DNA of 64,000 nucleotides from a virus: IMG/VR virus record IMGVR_UViG_3300042691_028354, positions 1 to 64,000 of that record; one strand, 5' to 3'. Shown piece by piece: positions 17,876 to 27,750 of this stretch (position 1 is its first letter; each line of letters starts with the position of its first letter). The notes under the pieces were generated by a model. It saw only the letters and a program-made list of their open reading frames with translations, ran no database searches and was not told where the DNA came from. The position numbers and the translations under genes were made by a program.

Positions 17876-20800
17876 CTAAATGTCTTCGTTGAACCGAGCA
17901 ACAAGAGCAATCATCTTGTTTTTCGCCGTGCTCGGAGTGGCAATAAGTTCTTCAATCGGAATGCCCCCAATCTCATCCCTGCCCGCAGCTTTCGCAGCAG
18001 CAATGATGGAGTCATACTTACCTTCAGGGAGTACAAGGATTCCCTGCGAGAGGTCGAATCCTCCGAGAAAGTCGACCTCGTTGATCTTTGACCCAGACAT
18101 ACCCGTGTCGAATGGCTGGTAGATGGAAGAGTCACCCCAGGCATCATGATCGTATGCGTGGAAGTCAGTACGCCTGAACGCAATCCCCGGCACCGTGTAG
18201 AAGTGGTGGGTTGAGTAGTACATCGTTTCCGGTGTGTTTCCGTTGTTGTCCTTGTAGAAGTACAGCCAGTCGCCACCGCCCCTTGAGTTGAGGTCCTGCG
18301 GTGTGGATAACCCACGGCCGCCAATGGCGTTTTCCCATCGACGGACAGATGGCAGAAGTTCCCCTTGGGTAATGATGCTGAGAATAGTGGCATCGCTCTC
18401 GCTGGCGATCTTGTGATAGATGACCTTCTTGTCGGTGCTGTCGGCAAGCTTCTGAGCGGCTGCGGGGGTAAGTTCCATCGAGACGCGGCCATTGGGGAAG
18501 GTCCTAGTGAGGAACATGTCTTCAGTGATCCCGTAGTCATCGGCCAGTCGCTTGGAGACGGATTCAACGTCTCCTAGATCATCACTGGCGGAGAGCATTG
18601 ACAATGTGGATCGCAGGGCTACGGCTCGAATGTCATCTTCACTCGGCGCACCATGCTTACTGACACCAACCTCCGCCATTGCTTGAGCGATTCGATCTTC
18701 TGTGAGATTGTCAGACTTGCCGGGGATGATGATGCGTACCGAGTTGTGGGTGGCGGCCTTGTATTGCTTGTCTGGGGTGTAGCCAGACTGAACAACCGTA
18801 ACGATCGTTCCGTCGCTGAGTTCCTTGTACCACGTCTGCGTCGGGGTCCATTCATTGGTTCCTGGTGCCACGTTGGCAGCATTGAAGTTCAGCGTTGCCG
18901 TCCCACTTGTTCCCCACTTTGGCGCAAGTGTTCCTTGCTTTGGAACCATGACCCAACCGTCAGCCTCGGAGGGAACGATGTCAGTCGCTGTTCCGCGTCT
19001 CTTGAAGGTGAGTTGCGTGCCTTCGGTAAAGGTCTTCTTGTCAGTGCCGAGTGCCTTGAATCGGATTGGCTGAACCCGCACATCGAAGTTCTCAATCTGA
19101 TCGGAGTCATAGTTCATGATGACGTTCGCTTGCTTCGTAAGCATCCCGTCAACCTTTGACTTCACGGTTGCCACGGTCGTGGCAGAAGATGGGAGGCCAA
19201 AGCCCTCCACGACTGCGCCTGCGTTCGGCGGGGCAAGGAGTTCAGCAACCTTGTCGTCATCAAAGCCGAGTTGAGAGATGGCGGAGACGCTCATCTTGTC
19301 CCAGTCAAGGCTGTCCTTGCGGGCGTTGAGCCATTCCCCGTGCTTGGTCATGCGGTCGATCTCGACCTGAGAGAGCTTCTGCGTGGCGGCCGCGTTCTCA
19401 AAGTTGGCCTTGTGGTCAGCCTTCTTGTAGCGGCGCACGGCATCGGCCATCGCCTTGGCGAAGACTTCCTTGTCCTCGTCGCTCATGTTCTTGGCCAGGG
19501 CGAAGAGGTTGATGTTGTCGCCCTTGGTGACCTTGGTGAATCCGGCTGCCTGTTCGGTACCGGAGGCATTCCAGTCTTGGAAGGCGTTGCCGTGGTCGAT
19601 GGGCTGGAGATGGATCTTGCCATCGGCTCGCTTGACGGCGACAAGGTTTGGTCCCGTGCGGTCGAAGTAGTTGAACACTCGGTCCATGACCATGAGGCGG
19701 GCGAGTGACTCGGGGTCAATCTGCGATCCGGCCGGGATGTCGCTGAACGAGGTGTAGACGGCCTCGGCGTCGGGGAAGAGGTTGGAGACATGCTCGAGAA
19801 CCATGGCCCGCTGGTCTCCGGCGGCCTTGCCATACTTGGCGGCGGGGCCGGCCTCGAATGGGACCTCTTGGATGGGCGAGCCCAAGCGAATGCCTACGGC
19901 GTTCATTCCGAGGCTCTGCTGGAGCAGTGCGCCGGCAATCTCCTGAGTGTGTTCCTGGTCGTTGCGGTGCGCGGACTTGATGACGTACTTCTTGCCGGTC
20001 ACCGTGTCCAAGAAGCCAGTGGTCTTGTCCTTCTCGGCCTGACCCATGGAGTTGAAGCCCTGATGGACTGTGCCGTCCTTGATGACTGCGAAGCGCTTGC
20101 CGGCACCGGTGTTGTTCCAGATCGCTTCCTTGAGGTAGTCGTCCGGCACGTCAGCGAGAGGCTTACCCATGCCGATGTGCTCGTCAGCGTCGGTCTGGGA
20201 CCACAGTCCCTTGTGGCCGACGGGGACGCTGTAGGCGGTGGCCATACCGTCGGGCTGCATGGAGCCGAGAGAGGTTGAGTCAAAGCCATCGGTAGACATC
20301 AGCGTCTTTGACGCCTTCGTCTTTGGGTTGCCAGGCTTGATGTCAATGCCACCGTTGATGGTCTTGGCGACGTCATCTCGGATAACTAATGGGAGCGAGT
20401 CAACCTCATCGGCGAGAGCTTTGCCGTTTGAGGACAGGACCTCAACGTCGCCCTTTGCGTCGTACTGCTTGAGCATTTGGGCAGCGACGAGGTTATTTCT
20501 TGCTGTTGCGACCTTGCCCTCGTAGTAGAGCTTGGTGACGGCGTTGGCATCACTGCCGAGGGCGTCAAGATCTGCCTGTGCCTTGGCCAAGTCATCAGTG
20601 TGCTTGGCGATCTTGCTGTCAAGGCCGGACAGGTCACTCATGGGGACCGATCCGCCGGAGACTCCATCCACCGCGTCCTTGAGGCGCTGCACACTGGCCT
20701 TGTCGCCGTACTGGTTGGCAACGACCGAGCGGGCCAGTCGCTTCGCTGCGGTGAGTTGATCGTCAGCCGGGCTTGCTGCGATCAGCGCCTGAAGGCGCTC

Positions 20801-23800
20801 TTCAGGAGAGAGCTCGTGGAAGTTGTCGGGCAACTTGGCCAGCAGTTCATCGGCCTCGGCTCCGTACTTGTCGTAGCGGGCCATGATCGTGGCGAAGTCA
20901 AACATCTTGCCACCCTCGGCGACATAGAGTTTCACATGGTCGTAGTCGGGAAGATCAAATAGGACGTCGATGCCGGTTGCGGCCTTGCTGCCGGTGATGG
21001 CGTCAAGGTCGGCCTCGATTACGGGCTGCACGGTGGGAAGGTCAACGCCTTCGGGGATTGCGTTGTTCTCATCAAGGACATCGGCCAGCGCTGTCTGCGC
21101 TTCACCAAGAGCCTTGATCTTCTTCTCATGGATCTTCTTCTGTTTGTCCAGCGATGCCTTGACGGCCTCGACGTAGTGCCCCCCGTCGTAGTAGGCGTGT
21201 GCTGCCGTCACCGGATGATTGCCCTGCTCCACAATCTTGTTGGTGTTGTCAAGCCAGTAGGCCTGCTGGTTTTCGGCCGCCTCGAGTTGTGTCTTGTACC
21301 ACTCATCAAGGGCTTCTTGAGTTTTGATCGAGGCAGGGGGCTTCTTCTTCTTGGTCGTCTCGGACTTGACGGCCTTGTCTCTGTTCTTCTTCCAAATGGC
21401 GAAGTTTTCGGATGCCTTCATGGCATCCATGGCTTCCTTCATGGCAGGTTTCGCGTCGGGGATCTCCGGCGCGTTGAGATCATCGTTCATCGGATCGTCA
21501 ATGACGTCGTCAACCACGCTGTTGGCATGGGCGTCCATCATCACTTCGTGTTTGTAGGACAAATCAACGAGCATGGAGTGAGCCTCCATGATCTGATACT
21601 CGTAGTGCTCCTTCTCGGACTCGGACATGCCCTGCTGGAGGGCCTCGGCGTACTCCTGAGTGAAGTCTTGAATCTGGTTCTCGTACTGATCAATCAACTG
21701 CTGTGACTCTTCAATGTCATCTGAACTCACACCACCGGGGTAGTCGTCGTCGACTGACCAATCAGTGTCGTAGTAGTTGGCTTCGTAGCTGTTTTGGAGA
21801 GTGAGTACAAAGTCGTTAGCAGTGTGCCACGCTTGGCCGTATGCTTGCGGGGGCGCGTACCCGTAGTCGCCGTACTCATCAAAGTCGGGTGTAGATCCTT
21901 CATACTCGGTGAGGATCTTGTTGACTCCGCCGATGCCGGATTCGTAATAGCCAACCGGATCCCCGAAGCTGAACAAAACGGGTGGGTTGTCCCAGTTGAG
22001 AGCGCTGCCAGCGATGCCTTCATCGAACTCAGCAAAGGGCAGCATGTCAACGGTGCCGTTACCTGAGTATTGAAACAGCACGATGTCTGGGCCATTGGAA
22101 CTCTTCGCCTGCGCAACACTGACCGCCTGCGACCAAGTCTCAAAGATGTTGGGCTCATCGGCAGCAAATCCGGCCGACGAAGTCCACGGTGTGAACTCAA
22201 GGTCAGCACTGAGAGAGCCCCACTTCTTGTCAAACTTGTACGAGGAGATCGGCCAAGAGGGCGCAGCGTCGGACGCAACGAGAGCAAGGGGGTCAAAGTC
22301 ACTGTTCGGGGCAGCGAACCACTGTCCAGTACTTTGGAGGTAGACCACATTCACCGGCTCGCCATAGATCACACTCAGTGAGTTGGCTTGCGTTATGGCA
22401 TCTGACGGACCGTTTGCGATGACCCACTTTTCACCAGGAGTCCAAGGTTCATCAACTGCCTCAAGGTCATCTACGACAAGGTCTTCGTTGTCTGCGAATG
22501 TCTCTTGCGTGATCGGCTTGATCATGTAGGTGGACGTGTCGAATGACATCTCTACCTTGAACTTCGGCTGACCTTCCGCGTACACGACGGGGATGTGATC
22601 TTGATCAAGGTCCTTGAAGGGGACGGTTGAATCAAAGTCCATGTCGCTAGCGACAACGTACTTTCCGTCAGTCGTCTTGAGGACGACGACATCTTCACCA
22701 GTGTTGTTGCTGTAGGTCATCGCGTAGGTTGCAGCACTTCCTTCATCGCCGAAGGAAGAGATCTGCCAATCGGGAGCGGGCGGCGGACCCAGTTCAGTCG
22801 GAAGGGGATTTGGGATCGCAGGCTTGTTCTCGTCCTCCTTGAGGGCGAGTTTCGGCTTCGGCTTCGTCTTTGTTTTGGACTTCGAGATAATGAGGTCCGA
22901 GAGGCCAGCATCTTCAATGATCTGATGACGTCGCTTGGGCTGTACGAAGTTGAGGCGCTCGTAAGGGTTGACGTCCTCTTCGCCATCATTGGGAACCCAC
23001 ATCGCAAGGAAGTTCTTGCGCTCAGCGCCGAGCTGACCGATCAGGGCCTTGTCGGGGTTGTCCTTGAGTGACTCATCGGTGATGTGCTTGTCGATCGCAG
23101 CAAGGAACTCATCGGCGCTGTCGGTATCGGGTGCGTTCTTGCCGAGGCGCTTGTTCCAGAAAGACAGGTTGCGCTCGCGTTGCTCTTGGAAGGCATCAAG
23201 GAAGTCCTTGGCCTTGCCCTCTCCGAGCTCGTTGACCATGTTTTGGTTGATCTCGTCTAGGACAAACTTGCCTGTCTTGGACTTGGAAAGATTCTTGTCC
23301 ACCAACACGGGAGGCTTGATGGCCTCGGCGGCAGCAAGGTCAGCCTCGATCTGGTTTGTAACGGTGAGATCGTCAATGATCTCGTTGGGGGTGAGATCTG
23401 CACTGACTATGAGGTCTTGGACGACGCCATCGGGGCCGACGGCAAACAGCGCTTGTTCATCACCGGCGAGATAACGCTCGGCGTCGACAACACGGAGCTT
23501 GCCGGTGCTGGTCTGCACAATGAAGCGCATCTCGCCAGTGTCTTGTGCCGACTCAGACGCTTTGCCTTTGGCATTGGCTTCGTTCGTGAAGAGGTTGCCG
23601 ATCTGCTTGCCAGGCTTTTTCTTACCTGACTTGCCAGCATTGACCTGATTGACGTTGGCGGCATTGTCAATGTTGGCCTCGGCGGCTTTGGCCGGCCCGG
23701 TTGGCTTCTTCTCAGGCTTCTTGGAAGCAGTGCTTGATTCGCCACTCGGCTTCTTTGAGGTCTTCTTCTTCTTGAACTTCTTCGGGGTCGGCAGATCACC

Positions 23801-24340
23801 CTCGGTCAGTCCGACCTTGGGGGTCTTGTCCTTTTCGTCTTCTTCCTTACCGCCTGGGATCAGGTTGGCAATGCCCTCGATTGCACCACCGAGTTTGCGG
23901 CGACGCTCGAGGCGACGTTCTTTGCGCTTCTCGCGACCGGCTGCTCGGCGTTCGGTGGCGCGATCAGCAAGGTAGTCAACAATCTGACCACCACGTTCAA
24001 GGGCCTGTCCCGCCTGATAGCGAACAAGGCCCGTTCCACCGGCGGCTCGGCGTTCCTCGGATGCGGCAAGAGCGCTGTCGAACTGGTCGATTCGCTCACC
24101 GAGCTTGGCGAGTGTGGCGCGGGCGGCACCGAGGTTGCAGGTGGTGCCCATTGCGTTGGTCCACTTGCCAGCCCGAGTCGTCCCCGGCGGGCATCGGAAC
24201 TTGCGGATCCGCTTACCCAGTCGATCGTAGTCAACCTGTTCCACGATGACGTTGCCGGCCTTGACGTCCATGGCAATGGAACTAACCATCTTCGCCGACG
24301 TGTAGCGCAGCGCGGCATACTCGGTTTGCGCTCTGTTCAT
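17876..24340 (-). CDS. Giant (2154 aa) polyvalent head-operon protein: CPPG motif, acidic repeats, HipA/PI3-4K-like kinase, putative C-terminal His-type ART
   Basis: YVIKS...QEIAG...DRVFNYFDRTGPN...PIDHGNAF; C-terminal IYHKI...ILSIITQGELLP...NEV. Confidence 0.75.
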   Translation of the reverse strand: MNRAQTEYAALRYTSAKMVSSIAMDVKAGNVIVEQVDYDRLGKRIRKFRCPPGTTRAGKWTNAMGTTCNLGAARATLAKLGERIDQFDSALAASEERRAAGGTGLVRYQAGQALERGGQIVDYLADRATERRAAGREKRKERRLERRRKLGGAIEGIANLIPGGKEEDEKDKTPKVGLTEGDLPTPKKFKKKKTSKKPSGESSTASKKPEKKPTGPAKAAEANIDNAANVNQVNAGKSGKKKPGKQIGNLFTNEANAKGKASESAQDTGEMRFIVQTSTGKLRVVDAERYLAGDEQALFAVGPDGVVQDLIVSADLTPNEIIDDLTVTNQIEADLAAAEAIKPPVLVDKNLSKSKTGKFVLDEINQNMVNELGEGKAKDFLDAFQEQRERNLSFWNKRLGKNAPDTDSADEFLAAIDKHITDESLKDNPDKALIGQLGAERKNFLAMWVPNDGEEDVNPYERLNFVQPKRRHQIIEDAGLSDLIISKSKTKTKPKPKLALKEDENKPAIPNPLPTELGPPPAPDWQISSFGDEGSAATYAMTYSNNTGEDVVVLKTTDGKYVVASDMDFDSTVPFKDLDQDHIPVVYAEGQPKFKVEMSFDTSTYMIKPITQETFADNEDLVVDDLEAVDEPWTPGEKWVIANGPSDAITQANSLSVIYGEPVNVVYLQSTGQWFAAPNSDFDPLALVASDAAPSWPISSYKFDKKWGSLSADLEFTPWTSSAGFAADEPNIFETWSQAVSVAQAKSSNGPDIVLFQYSGNGTVDMLPFAEFDEGIAGSALNWDNPPVLFSFGDPVGYYESGIGGVNKILTEYEGSTPDFDEYGDYGYAPPQAYGQAWHTANDFVLTLQNSYEANYYDTDWSVDDDYPGGVSSDDIEESQQLIDQYENQIQDFTQEYAEALQQGMSESEKEHYEYQIMEAHSMLVDLSYKHEVMMDAHANSVVDDVIDDPMNDDLNAPEIPDAKPAMKEAMDAMKASENFAIWKKNRDKAVKSETTKKKKPPASIKTQEALDEWYKTQLEAAENQQAYWLDNTNKIVEQGNHPVTAAHAYYDGGHYVEAVKASLDKQKKIHEKKIKALGEAQTALADVLDENNAIPEGVDLPTVQPVIEADLDAITGSKAATGIDVLFDLPDYDHVKLYVAEGGKMFDFATIMARYDKYGAEADELLAKLPDNFHELSPEERLQALIAASPADDQLTAAKRLARSVVANQYGDKASVQRLKDAVDGVSGGSVPMSDLSGLDSKIAKHTDDLAKAQADLDALGSDANAVTKLYYEGKVATARNNLVAAQMLKQYDAKGDVEVLSSNGKALADEVDSLPLVIRDDVAKTINGGIDIKPGNPKTKASKTLMSTDGFDSTSLGSMQPDGMATAYSVPVGHKGLWSQTDADEHIGMGKPLADVPDDYLKEAIWNNTGAGKRFAVIKDGTVHQGFNSMGQAEKDKTTGFLDTVTGKKYVIKSAHRNDQEHTQEIAGALLQQSLGMNAVGIRLGSPIQEVPFEAGPAAKYGKAAGDQRAMVLEHVSNLFPDAEAVYTSFSDIPAGSQIDPESLARLMVMDRVFNYFDRTGPNLVAVKRADGKIHLQPIDHGNAFQDWNASGTEQAAGFTKVTKGDNINLFALAKNMSDEDKEVFAKAMADAVRRYKKADHKANFENAAATQKLSQVEIDRMTKHGEWLNARKDSLDWDKMSVSAISQLGFDDDKVAELLAPPNAGAVVEGFGLPSSATTVATVKSKVDGMLTKQANVIMNYDSDQIENFDVRVQPIRFKALGTDKKTFTEGTQLTFKRRGTATDIVPSEADGWVMVPKQGTLAPKWGTSGTATLNFNAANVAPGTNEWTPTQTWYKELSDGTIVTVVQSGYTPDKQYKAATHNSVRIIIPGKSDNLTEDRIAQAMAEVGVSKHGAPSEDDIRAVALRSTLSMLSASDDLGDVESVSKRLADDYGITEDMFLTRTFPNGRVSMELTPAAAQKLADSTDKKVIYHKIASESDATILSIITQGELLPSVRRWENAIGGRGLSTPQDLNSRGGGDWLYFYKDNNGNTPETMYYSTHHFYTVPGIAFRRTDFHAYDHDAWGDSSIYQPFDTGMSGSKINEVDFLGGFDLSQGILVLPEGKYDSIIAAAKAAGRDEIGGIPIEELIATPSTAKNKMIALVARFNEDI

Positions 24341-24398
24341 TAGGACACTCGCGAGAGGGAGAAATGGGTAAGACTCAGTATGACCTTACCAAACTCCA

Positions 24399-25733
24399 CT
24401 AACCTTCGGCCGGAGTGTCCTCATCAATGATGACTTCCCACGGGGTGGTGTTCTTTGGCCGAGCTGGGGCAGTGGGGGCCAAGAACATTTGGTAGATCCA
24501 CCGGCGAACCATGCGACTGGCACCCTTCTCGCTGCGGATCTCGATCATCTCCATCGCTTGCTTCGCGTCAGAGTCGCCAACGGCCGGAATGAGCTCAAGT
24601 TTGTCTGGGTTCTTCTCGACCAACTGGCTCAGTGCCTCACCCATGTCTGGTCCTTCAAGGCCCTTGCGAATGCCCTTGAGGTTGGCGGGGAGATCGTTGA
24701 GAAACTCGGGCGTGGCCTTCGGCTTGCGATTGACCTGAATCGAGGATCCATCGGCAAAGGAGAATGCGACGCCGTATGCACCAGTTCCAAGAAGATCAAG
24801 ACCACTGGTGCCAAAGTCGTCGGGCTTGGCTGTACCAATGACGAACACTCCGTCAGTGATGTCGTCGTTGCCCCGAACCTTCGCAAGACGGGAAATGTCG
24901 ACGGTGGGGTCAATGCTTGAACCGTCGCGTCGAACAAGACGCACCGAACCGTGAGGCTTCTTGCCAATCAACGGAACCGTCGTGCTCACAGCACTGTCAC
25001 GCGCCACTCGGCTGGCTTTGCCGACCGGGTCGACGCCGCGCTTGATGTCGACGACATTTCCTGAAATCCCTCGGCCTCGGATCAATCGCCCGCTGCGACC
25101 CTGTCCGACGTCATCGATTCCCGGCATGCCATCTGCGCTGTCGCCTCGACGAAGGACGCGATTGGCTGCTGAGCGTGCTGCGCTTGCTGCTGAATCGGCC
25201 ACATCGAACAGTTGGATACCGCAGGTGCCGAGACCTGAGTCAGTGAACTGACCACCGTTCTCGAACCCTGGCGGACAACGGAAAAGTCGGCGTGGTCCAC
25301 CAATGCGATCCCGACCTCCGCCCGGAGTAAGCGTCTCGTAAACGGTGGACCGGATGGGGGAGCGAATGTCACTCGCGTCACCGGGAATCAGCATCGTGCC
25401 GATGGCCTGAAGCCCTTGACCGAGTTTCCCCCTTGAGCGGACGGATCCAACTTTCTCATCAAGGTGAACGCGCTGAACAAGGGACTTCTTGCCGGACGAG
25501 TTTTGGGAGGGCATGGCGCAGGTGCTACCGAGAGCGTCAGTGAAGTCGCCAGCACCAGGGGTGCCTGGCGGACACTTGAACTTGCCGCCATCGACAATCA
25601 CTCCGCGACTGGCCGCGAGACGTTGGGTAATGGAGCCACCCGAGAGATCCCCGACTTTGGCTCCCGATTCACCGATTGATGGACCAAGGATTCCCTTGAC
25701 CATCACCTCGTAGAACGGATAGTTGTCCAACAT
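24399..25733 (-). CDS. Head-operon protein (444 aa) with two CPPG-x14-C motifs
   Basis: GAGGTG RBS before ATG 25733; motifs at 25518-25583 and 25221-25286. Confidence 0.75.
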   Translation of the reverse strand: MLDNYPFYEVMVKGILGPSIGESGAKVGDLSGGSITQRLAASRGVIVDGGKFKCPPGTPGAGDFTDALGSTCAMPSQNSSGKKSLVQRVHLDEKVGSVRSRGKLGQGLQAIGTMLIPGDASDIRSPIRSTVYETLTPGGGRDRIGGPRRLFRCPPGFENGGQFTDSGLGTCGIQLFDVADSAASAARSAANRVLRRGDSADGMPGIDDVGQGRSGRLIRGRGISGNVVDIKRGVDPVGKASRVARDSAVSTTVPLIGKKPHGSVRLVRRDGSSIDPTVDISRLAKVRGNDDITDGVFVIGTAKPDDFGTSGLDLLGTGAYGVAFSFADGSSIQVNRKPKATPEFLNDLPANLKGIRKGLEGPDMGEALSQLVEKNPDKLELIPAVGDSDAKQAMEMIEIRSEKGASRMVRRWIYQMFLAPTAPARPKNTTPWEVIIDEDTPAEG

Positions 25734-25767
25734 CTCCGTCACCTCGGCGGGAAGGGCGACGGTCTGC

Positions 25768-27711
25768 TCAGTTGAGCAGATCGCGCATGTCTTCTTCGGC
25801 GGCAAGCATCTCGAACTCCATGATGGAGGCAACGAAGTTGTCAGCAGACTTCTCCATTGGCTCACCACTGGTCGCTTCCTCGGGAACTTCGTCACCCCAT
25901 GCTTCGGGGATCATGTTCTCAAGGCCGAGCTCTTCGGCGCGCTTGACGATGTGGGCCTTGGCGGCCTTCTTGTCTTTCGCTCGACCGTAGGCCTGAATGG
26001 CGTTCTTGAGGTCTTCCTCATTGGCGATCGGGTATGAGCCGTCAGGCAATGCTTCACCAGACTCAGCCATGGCGTCGCGCTCCTCATCGGAGTACATCGC
26101 CTTGACCTGAAGGTCGTAGGTGTCGTCGTCCTTGGCTTCAGCGTCAGCCCAGGTGTATTCGTCGTAACCCAGCACGTTGCCGGACGGGGAGACGAATACG
26201 TCATAGGACTTGCCGTCAAGGCCTTCGATCTCGACCGAGTAGGCCTCGGATCCTTCAAAGGTGGATACGACAACGGAAGCGGCTTTGCCATCGACGACAG
26301 CAAGGGCCTTTTCCTTGGCGGTGTCGGGATCGACTACCTCAGAATCGGAGAGAACCTCTTCGGCGGGAATGCGGAACCATCCGTCAATCTCACCCTTGCC
26401 GGTGATGTAGGCCTCAACGTAATCGCCGGTCTTGCGCTCAACGTGGAGAACGAACAGGTCCTGATCCGATGAGTAGCCCGAGTTGAGGACCTTGCCGTTG
26501 AGGACGTCTTCTGCGATGCCCTCGATGGCAAGAAGGTCATACTGACCTTCAGTCACTCCGCAGCGGCCTGGGCAGTCGCCACAAGGCGTGGCGGCGTTGG
26601 CGCTCTTGACTTCACGGGAGGCGGCGCAGACGAACAGGTCGTCTGTCATGTCGTCGGCCTTCATGCCCATGGTGCCCATGCGCTTGCCACGGTTGCGACG
26701 GATCTCGGCCGGGTCGGCACCCATCATCTTCTCTTCGTCCATCTCGTCCATGGACTCGTCATCGACCATGTCGTCGTCGCCCATGGGGACCATTGCGCCA
26801 CCCTTGATGGTGACAGCCATGGCGCCACACTTGCCGCAGACCTTGTCGCCGGCCTTGTAGCCACATCCTTCGGTCAGTCCCTTGGCGCAGGCAACAACAT
26901 CGCCTTCATCAGAGATCTTGACGATGGCCTTCTCGTCCATTTCAGTTACATCCACGACTGGCTCCTTCACTTGCATGGCATCAGTCATGCACGCACTGGT
27001 GTTCTTACAGGCAGCACATGGAGTCATGCGCTTCATGCCGGATAGACCGCAATGATACTTCGCTGCTGTGTCAGTGGGGTTCATGCTGCTATTCATACCC
27101 TTTCCTTCGTGGCGACAGCCACAATCGGTCTCATCAGCGGCGAAAGGATGAGTCTTTACACCGCCCATCTCGTCGGTTCCTTCGTGTTCCCAGTTCTTGT
27201 CTTCTCGGAGGTATGAGACGAAGTCGGCTTCCTTCTCGCAGAAGCCCTTGAGTTCGCCGATTGCCTCTTCCATGTCAAGTTCGTCATCATCCATTTCGGT
27301 GATGGCGATGTTGAGTCCCTTCCCAGGGGTCAGTCGGTCCAAGCGATTGTTGAACTCAGAGTCGGACCAAAGTGATCCGCGAGTGACGCCACGCAACTTG
27401 CGGCGACAGTTCTTCATCCCTGGGTGATGACAGCCCTCATTGGGCCAAAGACCGGTCGTCTCATGGTGGAGCCATGCGCAGAGGTTGTCGAGTGGGTAGA
27501 GCTCTGGGTGGTCGGCCAGGATCACACGGCAACGACGGAAGCCACCGGGCTTACGCATGATCGGTCGCCAGTAGCGGAGCAACTTCTCAAGATTGCCTCG
27601 ACGGGGGCCGTAGCCGCGCAAGATGTCACCCGTGATGCGCTCCTGTGGAATCGCATCGGGCGGAACCGGAGCCTTGATCTCCGTATTGAGCTGGGGTGCC
27701 TTGTCGGCCAT
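25768..27711 (-). CDS. Head-operon protein (647 aa): Cys/His N-terminal domain, CxxC clusters, PepSY-like repeats, C-terminal 'ALPDGSYPI...AYGRAK' domain; scaffold/internal protein candidate
   Basis: Acidic; many xxK|A/S/G sites; AKEKALAVVDG...YSVEI...DGKSYDVFVSPSGNVL resembles PepSY. Confidence 0.7.
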   Translation of the reverse strand: MADKAPQLNTEIKAPVPPDAIPQERITGDILRGYGPRRGNLEKLLRYWRPIMRKPGGFRRCRVILADHPELYPLDNLCAWLHHETTGLWPNEGCHHPGMKNCRRKLRGVTRGSLWSDSEFNNRLDRLTPGKGLNIAITEMDDDELDMEEAIGELKGFCEKEADFVSYLREDKNWEHEGTDEMGGVKTHPFAADETDCGCRHEGKGMNSSMNPTDTAAKYHCGLSGMKRMTPCAACKNTSACMTDAMQVKEPVVDVTEMDEKAIVKISDEGDVVACAKGLTEGCGYKAGDKVCGKCGAMAVTIKGGAMVPMGDDDMVDDESMDEMDEEKMMGADPAEIRRNRGKRMGTMGMKADDMTDDLFVCAASREVKSANAATPCGDCPGRCGVTEGQYDLLAIEGIAEDVLNGKVLNSGYSSDQDLFVLHVERKTGDYVEAYITGKGEIDGWFRIPAEEVLSDSEVVDPDTAKEKALAVVDGKAASVVVSTFEGSEAYSVEIEGLDGKSYDVFVSPSGNVLGYDEYTWADAEAKDDDTYDLQVKAMYSDEERDAMAESGEALPDGSYPIANEEDLKNAIQAYGRAKDKKAAKAHIVKRAEELGLENMIPEAWGDEVPEEATSGEPMEKSADNFVASIMEFEMLAAEEDMRDLLN

Positions 27712-27750
27712 TGCTGGTTCTTCCTATTGGTGTGTTTGGTCAGATGATGA

